Assembly: GCA_002189035.1 (NCBI GenBank)
Contig: NEEC01000013.1
Coordinates: 3,100,001-3,164,000 of the forward strand
Reading direction: 5' to 3'
Length of the DNA stretch: 64,000 bases
Source of the DNA: Utricularia gibba
Lineage: Eukaryota; Plantae; Magnoliophyta
Shown: piece after piece, positions 51,170 through 64,000 of the stretch
How the letters are laid out: every line of letters begins with the position of its first letter
How positions within the stretch are numbered: position 1 is the stretch's first letter
Made by a program: the position numbers and the translations under genes
The notes under the pieces: generated by a model
Databases searched by the model: none
Seen by the model: the letters and a program-made list of their open reading frames with translations, nothing else
Told to the model about the DNA's origin: nothing

Positions 51170-53166
51170 ATGTCAGAAATGTGCAATCTGCAGATATACA
51201 TCAATGGCCAACAAGTATTCTTCGTCTCTGAGGTAAGCCCATGGTTGCATACACCTTATTTACTGACTATCAATGTAAAATGCATCATACTACGTGATAA
51301 ATCCTTTACTTTTGGTTACTGGAATCCAGAGGATTATGTCCAAGTATTGTGGGAAGTTGAGAAAGATAATCAAGCAAGAGAAACGAAGAACTCAGATCAG
51401 CGGGTCAGAGATTGAGATTGATGATTTTCCAGGTGGGGCTGATGGGTTTGAGCAGATTGCCAGATTCTGCTATAACAATGGAAGCATTGATATTAGTGTT
51501 TCCAATGTTTCCCTTCTCTACTGCTCTGCAGTGTTTCTTGACATGTCTGATAGGGCGTCCACAAATCTTTTGCATCAGGCTGAGGTGTTTCTAGAAGGGA
51601 TTTTCTACTGGTCCTGGTACGAAATTCTTACAGGTCTCAGAAACTGCGAACCATTTATTTCCTTGGCACAGTCCTGTGGCCTCATTCAGAAGCTATTATC
51701 TGCTCTCGTTTCCAAGATTGCGCACAAATCTGATGCCGCGCATTTTCCATCCGTCTCTTCTTCTTCTTCAACTTCTTCCCCTGAAACGAGTCTCAGTTCT
51801 ACCTCCCCTTCTCTGTTCAAAAGCTGCTCATCAAGAAAAGCAGCTTGCAGTTGGTGGTATCATGATATGACCACCTTAAGCCCAAGGATCATCGAGGAGT
51901 TCCTAGGAGTCTTGGGCTCTTATGGAAGTGAAAATAGGAATTTGATGGTGACAAAATTTCTGCTGCATTATCTGAAAAACGCTCATCGCTCTGATGGCAA
52001 AAGCTCATGCACGGAATATGCAGGTTTAGCAGCCACTGCAGTCCATGGAGTAGTTTTAACGGGAAAGGCTACCTTTTCATGCAGATCACTCTTTTGGGTG
52101 CTGAAGATTACTTCCGGTTTCGGGGTTAGCCCTGAGCTCCGCGCTCAACTGGAGAAGCTGATTGGAGGAATGCTGGATCAGGCAACACTAGACGATTTGT
52201 TAGTATCTGGAGAAGGCAATAGTGGTGTTTATGATGTGAATCTTGTCCTTAGACTGGTCAAGTTATTTACTCAGCACCAACAAAAGCCTTCCTTGGAGAA
52301 AATGAAGAGAGTTGGGTATCTCATTGATAAGTACCTAATTGAGATAGGACCTGATCCCAACCTCAAGGCCTCCAAGTTTCTTGGAGTTGCGGAGAGCTTG
52401 CCCGATCACGCAAGGGATTCTTTTGATCAAGTTTACAGAGCAGTTGACATCTATCTCGAGGTGATCCTGTCTACTCACTTTCATCTGCATTTACACACCT
52501 GAAATAGCCAGTTCATACCCACGAGAATGCCCTATCTCTATCAAGTAGTCAATAAATTTTACTTGCTCCCTTAACAAGCTTTGCTAACTCTGGCTGCAAA
52601 AGGGGGAATAAGCAGATTCTTCTAAGTTGGGGCAAAAAAAAAAAAAAAAAAGACATTGCCATTCTATACTTTCTGTAACTTGTGGCTTTTCATAGGGGAG
52701 CATAAACTGGAATCTTTTTTTGGTGTCTTCTAGTCTCACCCATCGCTTTTTGAGGTGGAGAGATCAAGACTGTGCAGATGTTTAAACTACGAAAAGCTTA
52801 GCCTGGAGGCTTGCAAAGACCTAGCAAAGAGCCCTCGGATACCTCCGAGAATTGCTGTGCAAGCTCTGGCTTCCCAGCATCGAGCTTTGCAGTTAAGACG
52901 GTTTGTGCACCTTAACTATCAACAATGCATATGCATACATTCATCAGGCCTTGAGAGAAGGTAACTCCAACGATATCATCTGTATTAACAGTCCCCTGTC
53001 AATCGTAAATAGATTGGAGACACAGAGCTCCGGCAGTGAAGATAAGGAAGATGCAACACTAAACCTGGACAAGATGCAATTGAGAGTGAAGGAAGTAGAG
53101 AGACTTCTGAGCCGAAGAGTGAAACTTGGCCCGCAGCTTAGCAAAACCGTCCCCAGGATGTGCTGA
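51170..53166 (+). CDS. BTB/POZ-NPH3 domain protein (NRL family, At3g19850-like)
   Basis: Exons 51170-51232, 51330-52460, then from 52734. [72 protein letters not shown], and a PRMC* tail. The last intron boundaries are uncertain. Confidence 0.9.
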
Positions 53167-53507
53167 TTGAAGACCAAATCCAGTCTCCATCCATTCTCTA
53201 GAGTCGACTGGTGGATGTACTTTTCAACTTCTATGTAAATGTTTGTCCATGTGAACATATGTGCCATGCAATCTGATTTATTCAAACAAAACAACATTGT
53301 TTCTGTGTAATATCTGATATTCACTTTCCTTCAAGAGGCATGCCCCTAGTCGTGGATAATGGCTAAAAGATTAGCAGGAAGAATTTTCAATGCCAGGATG
53401 TTGTTGGAAAAAAAGAGGAGCTGGAAGAGTCCTAAAGAACCACGGAACTCTGCGGCGGCTGTACTTTTGCTTCTACTAGGCTTAGGTGATCAGATAAGAC
53501 CATTTTC

Positions 53508-55415
53508 ATGGCGGCAGCGGTGGCGATCACGTCGGCGCTTTTCCGTATCGGAGCGTCGAGGAACAGCGTGTCGTCGTCGGCAATCAAGAGAAATATTAGA
53601 CGCCCGGAGAATGTTGACGGTGACTTGTTTGTTGGTACTTTCTTTCTCCTGCATTCCCTTCCCTGTCCTTTTGTCAGCTATGAAGCAATTGAACAGAAGA
53701 CGATTGAAGCGTGATTGCTGCTGAAATATAAACCAAAAACCGAAATCGAACTACCCCCTTAGCTCAGCTTGTATACCCGGATTCCTAAGATTTATCAACT
53801 GTTGTTACCTCCTCTGCAGACAACACCTGCATAGATTGTGACACATGTCGATGGATGGCTCCAGTAACTCTTCCTTCCATCCGCTCGGCTCCTCTTTATG
53901 AACCAGCGACTGTGAATAATATGTCTAAGCTTACTCTCTTCAGGAAATATTCAACAGACAAGGTGGTCAGTCGGCCGTGTTCAAGCAACCGTCCTCTCAT
54001 GAAGAGAGAGTCAGAGCCCTTCAGGTTAGAGTAGGTTAGGGATACCTCCCTGTGTCATTCCAGTCCAAGGCTCCCGCTCCCGAAATTCATGCTGCTATTT
54101 CTTTCAAGGCGTTACTTTGTTGCCCTACAAACTCCATCCGCACAGAAAGATTACCTCAGGATATTCCGGATGTTCAGCGGACGTTTCCCATCCCGGTGGA
54201 CGACCACAGAATTCAGGCAGGCATCCTTCTGCTCTAGCAAATATAAATTTAAAAGTGAAGGCAGGCTCATGCAACATCTCTGTTCTGCTCCGCAGGGAGT
54301 ATACCACTGTGGCTACCATTCTGAAAAATCATACGGGGCAGCGTCCTATGTCATTACTCACCCAAACGGCAATATACTCATAGACAGGTACAACCTCCAC
54401 TCCCTCACAGTAAGTAGGTGTAAGTTTTAACTCGGGGAACAGTTGAGCTTCCCAGGCTGATACATTTTTTTGGTAACTTGCAGCCCTAGATATTCGGCGC
54501 CGTTGGCAGACAGGATTCGGAAGATGGGAGGAATCCGCTACATGTTCCTCAGCCACAGGTGTTAAACGTTATACGTTGTCTCTCATCTATTACCGCCTTT
54601 TGCTTATCTTTGTCGGTCGCTTCATGGCAACACTGACTTGTGACTGAGTGCAGGGATGATGTTGCTGATCATGAGAGGTGGTCAAAAGAGTTCGGCTGTC
54701 AAAGGATTCTTCATTCCGAAGAGGTAAACATACATTGCCTGGAAGCCACTTTCAGAAAAAAGATCACACATTAGACGTGATTTACCAGGTTGGTCCGGCT
54801 ACAGCGGATGTCGAGATGAAGCTAGAAGGAAGCGGGCCATGGACGCTCGATGATGATCTTACACTGATATTCACCCCTGGCCATACACAAGTTAGTTCGT
54901 CCTCACATTTTTCCCCCGGACTTCTGCTCCATGATTCTTAGGTTCTACTGTTCGACAAATCTTAGGGAAGTGTGTGCCTACTTGACAAAAAGAGGAAGGT
55001 GCTTTTCACAGGGGACCATCTTTCCATGGGGGAGGGAGAATCCGGGTTGCTCATTTCAGAGGAACACAACTGGTTTTCAGGTTCTGTTCTTGAGTTTTTA
55101 GTCTATTCCATTTTCGTGCTGATCTTCGATTCAAGAATATCACATTCTCTGAACTCCCTGCAGTTCCCTTGCAACTGAAGAGCGTGGAGAAATTGCTTGA
55201 CTGGGATTTTGAATGGATACTTCCAGGCGAGTATAAATTTTCCAGCTCGCTCTATTGTATCCCTCTGCTGATCAAACCTTACTAGTCTGGGAATGACACC
55301 CAGAGATGGACATAACGATCATGACTTTTCAGGGCATGGGAGGAGAGCTAGTTTTCAGAGCATGGAGGAAAAGAACCAGGCTGTGAAGTCTCTGTTGGCT
55401 GCATATGGGAAGTAA
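53508..55415 (+). CDS. Metallo-beta-lactamase-fold protein with an N-terminal ferredoxin-like domain (At4g33540-like, plastid-type)
   Basis: 10 exons: [80 protein letters not shown]. Two GC-AG introns. Confidence 0.9.
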
Positions 55416-55575
55416 GAACCCAGTTCAGGAATGTTTCCGTTTACTTTTTTCTAGGAAAAAAGGAACCGAAATCCGGGCCTTATCAGAGTACATGCAATCA
55501 GAATACTTGTTCTTTGGATACTAACTTATCACGAACACCATTGATGGTCAAATAAAAAAGAAAGACGAGATCATT

Positions 55576-58500
55576 TCATGGCAACCCCAGCAGCTCCAAG
55601 TTCCCTTGGCTTATATTCCAGTCTCCTCTCTCAATCTCTGCGAATAGTTGCTCCCATGCCCAGCCAGAATATCCCAAAAAGAACCTGAAGTCATCAAGTG
55701 AGCGGTCGCCAATTCTGATTTCTTCGATTACACCGAGAATGGCAAATTGATCAATGAAGTGGATGTTTGGCAAAACCTCGACGGATATGTCTTGTATTGA
55801 ATTGTTTGTTAGAGCAACAAGAGGCATCCCACGAGTCACGACAGGACCACCAAAAAATAAGGCGGCTTCTTTGAGCAGCATAAGATCCTGCCCAAGTTCA
55901 ACAGAATCCCAGGTGATAGGTTTGTTGGTAATCAGACCCTGAAATCCCGAGATTTCATCTGCTTTAACTAACAGGATTCTGGATTCGTCAAATGGGTGAA
56001 TACCGAGAAGCTTCCCAGTAGCTATCAAAACGCAGCCAACAGGGAGATGGCTTCTTTCGTGTGAAGCGAAAGGGGGCTTGGCCACAATCTGGTCATGTTC
56101 AGGCAATGCATTATGCGATCCATCTTTAAGAATGACTTCATGGTGGAAGCTCCGGCTCCTAGGAGCCCGTTTAAATGCTTTGAGGCCATGCAGGACACCT
56201 AAAGGAAGAAAAATAAATCATAGCAACACCAGAATGATAAGTAACAGAAGTATGGATCACACACTTTTTAAACGGAAAACCCAACGTGATGCAAACGCCA
56301 ATGGATTACATAAAAAGGTAATCGTAGAATAAAAACTCACTTTTATCAATGATAACATCTCTTACATCGCTACCATGGACTGCAAGAAAATTGAGAATAC
56401 CACATACTGAAGCATCTCCTTCATAAGATATTGTATTGTTCTTCTTTCCTGCAGGGAATAGCAGAAGACGTGGATATATTTCCCTCTGCAAATTCAAGTG
56501 CATCAGACATTAGTATATATAATGATAAGAGTTGCAATTGTAAAAAAGACCAAAGTATAAGGCATCTATAGTGGGATAAAAATATTGAATAATTTGATAC
56601 AACAAAAGTCGAGTACTTCAAGTGCCATGACCTGCAATTGTTGTTGTGTAATAAAGCTGCAGTCGTTTACGGTGCAATCCATCTTATAAATGAGCGGCAA
56701 CTTTGATGGCATTTCTTCAGCATAATCTACCATAATCAATAATGCAAAACGTTGCTATTATAAGTTGCTATCCATGTTCAAGCTCTAGAATGCCTTTCCC
56801 GATAATTATGGCATTCACAGAAAGTCAGTCCACTACCGAATGCTACTGGCTACTCTAGAATAAAATGAGTGGAAAGAAAAAAAACAAGATTTAGAAATTG
56901 CCATCTTCAAAAAGAACACATTTTTAAGGATACTCCATCTCAGTTGTTAAGTAGAACATGGAAGGCTAAGAAGTTCAAGAAGAATAAAGATGAAAAATCA
57001 CAAGTGAATCTTTGAAATCACGACAATGTTGACAAAATGACCTTACTCGTCCATTTCCCTTCTCTTGAGGTACTACTCCTCATCGCATGTTTATAGACCT
57101 TAACTGCATGTTGGACTTCCCGTACAGCAAGTTCCATCCTTTGGCAAAATCCACACCAAATATTGCTGAAAAGGACTAATACGTTCTTGTTCCATGAATT
57201 ATTAGAATTCTTAGGGTCAGAAGTGTTACCATAAACCAACTCAGCAAAAGTCCGGCTGGTAACCACTGGAATAGACCCTTTCTCATGAAAATCAAGATTA
57301 ACAAACGGTGGATTTTGTTCAGCTCTCAAGGCAGGAACTGAGACGCCTGATTGAATAAAAGGTAGAAGGTGTCCAGCGACAAAGTCCTTCACAAATGTAG
57401 ATAGTGAAGAGCGATTTACCAGATCCTCATGCAAGACGTAGTGTTTATGCGAACTTGGATCAATTATAACAACTGAGGGAACCTTCAATCCTCCAGTAAG
57501 AGTTTCTAGCAATGTGTAGTGTCCATCAATAAAATAAAAAAAGAAAGAATAGAATTCTTCTTGGCCTTCATTTATTTCTGAGAATCTGGTCTCTGTGGCT
57601 TCTCTTTCCTTGGCTCCCCCTTCCGCTTCAGAATCCAAAGAATTATTTTCCACCAAATCATCTTTGTCCTCAATAACAATAGGCTCAATATAGGATGGAT
57701 TATTTAGCTCTGCATGCTGTATACTGGCATCAGTAATCAATGTCTGCTTCTCATTGCTTTCAGAACTTTCAGATTCAGCAGGTGTTTCCTTAAACAGTTG
57801 ATTAACTTGACCGCCACTTTTTGATGGTAAACCATCAACAAGTTCAATGTTAAAATCCTGAGACAGCAGTTGAAACCCTGCACTCTTTGCAATTGAACTC
57901 AGTTTAAGTTCATTACTCTTCAGTGCATAATTTAAGATCTCCTGCACCGAGCTACCTTGCATATTTGGGGCGAGGTTTTCCAAGGTAACTTGTTTTCCAT
58001 CTTTCATGATCATTACAGACATCCTATCTGTAAGTACTATCTTTTGTGACAAAGGGAAAGAGTTCAACCTTGGATGTCTGAATCTATTAAGTGATGCTCT
58101 GTTACTTTTGCTAGTAGTACTGTCAGGCCTCAAACTTCGAGGTTTCTGCATGCCATTAAACATCCTTGTCTCCTGTACGAAATCTCTAAAATAATTGAGT
58201 GCCCTTTGGCTTTCTCTTCTCACTTTCGTACTCTCGGATGACCTGTCGACAAAAAGAAGTATTGTAGGCCCTTCTGCATGCAAGGCAGCCTCAACTCCAT
58301 GACTGGCATCGTCTAACTGCATAATGAAACGTTATACGCGTCGTAAGTATAGAAAAATCCCAGTAACAATTATTAACTAGAAATTAAAATGGAATTGCAG
58401 TTTATTCGAACAAAAAACGCACAGCCCCATGTGAGAAAAAGAACGTCGATTCAGTGGTGTCATGCTTCTGGAAATAAAAAACGAAAATGATTAGACGGAG

Positions 58501-60048
58501 TAACTTACCTCTAAAACAGGTGACACCTGAGCTTGCAGGATAGTATGCAGATTCTCAGTTTGCTTGACAAGCTTATAACAATTGGGAAAACCAGCCAAAT
58601 GGATAGCCATCAACCATGGATGCGGCTCCTCAATATTTAGCAGAGGTAGAAGTGACTTCTCATAAACCACAGCAAATTTGTGCCGCTCAGGAGGCAACAA
58701 GAACTGTCTAGAAAGTACTACAAAATTCTTCAGAAATACTTCGAAATTTTTGAATTCGTATTCAGTACAGTAGCCTCCATAATCAGTTGTAGCATTCCAA
58801 AAAGTAAGCATAGGCAACTTGTTTGGCTCATTAAACCCACTATCCATACCGCAAACTAGGCTGTCGTCATCAGTAACCTATCCACATGGAAGAAGATTAG
58901 GAATCACATTTTCTTAAATGCAATCAATAAGAAATGTGATACAAAGAATCAAGAGACTACCGTCAACCTTCTTGTTATCGTTTTCTTGAAAATTAAAGCC
59001 CACATTGTCCATTCCATTAAAGTCTTCCCCGAGATATTTCATCCCTGAATGAGCTTTACATTGTAATCATCAGATGAAATCAAGCATATACCTTGGGTAT
59101 TCTCAAATGTTAAAAGCATACAATAAAGGGCAAAAAATTCACTGCAAATTATGAAAGCTTTACTGCTTACATACATGGTTTATTTTTTGAATGAATATGT
59201 TTGGCAAGTAATCTCTGTGTCCATCCACAAAATTCCAAGAGAAGTACAAGTTTGTCACTTGATTGAAGAAACTGATGCAGTTCATCAGGGGTGTTCAAAG
59301 ATCTAAAAGGAAGGTCATCAGGTGAAAGAGACATAGCATGGTGGATGGAGGACAAAATATTTTGCAAGCGAAGCCTCCCCGAATATTTATAAGAAAGTGA
59401 ATGGCGGTGATAAAAGAATGTTATTCCATCATTAGCTCCAAGTGCATCAGCCAGCATCTTTTCCTCATGTTTGTTTAGGAACATAAGCTTCAGTTCACCG
59501 AGCCTATGTTCATCACTTGCAACAGCTTGAGCCAATTCCCTCATTAGAGACCTTGACTCACCGCACCCTAAAAAAAGATAAAAATATGAGATACAATTAC
59601 TGAATGAGGGGCACGGCCATCAAGACTAGTTTTTTCGATGTTCAAGATCGGGTCATCAAAAAAGCATGAAGACTTCATTATTGAAGCTTCTCCCCTAGCA
59701 TTAATCTAGGGCAAAAAAAAAAAGCGGCAGATTCAAAGTTAACTCGCACCGTGGAATGAAGGTCAGGCCTTTAAAGTTTTAAGCGCTGAATTTTCGCGCA
59801 GGACTACTCAGGTTTATGATCAACATCACGCGGATACAACCATAAAGCAGAAGGGTGAAGGTATTTACAGGGCACGGACACAAGGAGAAGCAGATGGTCA
59901 TGCAGTCGAATCTGATAAGTGTAGTTTAACTTGGTGAGCATCTGCCATTGCACTTCCCTCCAGGCCCGTCGCAATTCACTGGAAAAAGAAATAAAACGGC
60001 GAACGCCGCCAGGGCCAGAAGCCCTCCGTCGCGGCAATAATTAAGCAT
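55576..60048 (-). CDS. Secreted thioredoxin-like plus DUF179 (AlgH/YqgE-like) protein (At3g19780-like), with one apparent frameshift
   Basis: Signal peptide from the ATG at 60048, QWQMLTK..QIRLH..VPWCGESRSLM, WCGFCQR, MDCTVNDC, REIYP.LLLFPA, and a C-terminal HPFDESRIL..GGPV..FFLGYSGWAWEQL..EI..G.W. One base is missing at 59956-59958. Confidence 0.88.
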
Positions 60049-60562
60049 ATGCCTATTATCTTGACGAAATCGGGCAGATTCTTTGACGCCTGCGAGATAT
60101 CTGGAATGGCGCTGCGGGAAAGGGCAGAAGAAAGATGGACGCGACTAACTAAAACAAGCGTCCGATACAAATTGGGTTGATAAAATAGGCAAGGCAAAGC
60201 AAAGCAGAGGGGTGGTCCTCCTGCGGCGCATTTTATTTATTTATTTATTCATAACAGTACGCTCCTTTTATTTGATTTGATTACCATGCCCTACACTTTT
60301 TTTAAACGAGAAAATGGTGTGGGTTTTTGTTGTGCACATGGCTCTTGTAGCTCCTGGATTTTCTGCCTCCTTAGGGTAAAAAAGAAATGCAGCCCGTTGC
60401 AACTTTCAAAGCAGCTCATTATGCGAATTAAGTTTCCAGGATGACTATCGTATGTCCAAGGACACTCTACTTGTCAACTTCGGCGTCGCATCACACTCTA
60501 ACCTGTGCTTATAAATACACATTCTAAAGACACCGGCAACAAACATTAATTTCTAAGCAAAG

Positions 60563-62722
<2,160 letters not shown>

Positions 62723-62931
62723 TGGTTATTGATTATTGGTGGTGTTTATTGCAAAATCCAAAAAGTCAAGATTTGAACACCAAGGCTATTACCCACTTCC
62801 CGCGACTAGAAATAAAAAAATAATCAATGTGAGGGAAGGCGTCTTCCCTCCCATTGGCCTGCAAACAAATGCAACTTCTTGTATATAATAACACGGCCAA
62901 ACCCGTCGTGCCAACATAGAGGTGGCCAAAA

Positions 62932-64000
<1,069 letters not shown>

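Overview
Eukaryotic plant nuclear DNA. It is very gene-dense: about 21 protein-coding genes in 64 kb, most introns 50-120 nt, and intergenic gaps often 150-500 bp. The SEP3 protein resembles Antirrhinum DEFH200 ([31 protein letters not shown]). Together with the compaction, this suggests a small-genome Lamiales plant such as Utricularia or Genlisea (inference only). Gene order: Lhca2(+), malectin-like LRR-RLK(-), Ty1/copia relic(-), LTPG(+), SPL with a miR156 site(-), LCR F-box with a miR394 site(+), SEP3(-), primase large subunit(-), DUF1664(-), ROXY glutaredoxin(-), PBS1-like kinase(+), NAC83-like(+), Mei2-like(+), RPS27(+), DUF4228(-), XTH(+), NPH3/BTB(+), metallo-beta-lactamase-fold(+), thioredoxin/DUF179(-), and two tandem serine carboxypeptidases(+). 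The standout observation is an intact, intronless AP2+B3 RAV-type repressor gene nested antisense inside intron 2 of SEP3. Six otherwise intact genes each lack one base in a short C/G run, most likely long-read consensus errors. Six GC-AG introns were found. No rRNA, tRNA or CRISPR array was seen. Exon boundaries were derived by hand and family assignments from recalled motifs, not database searches.
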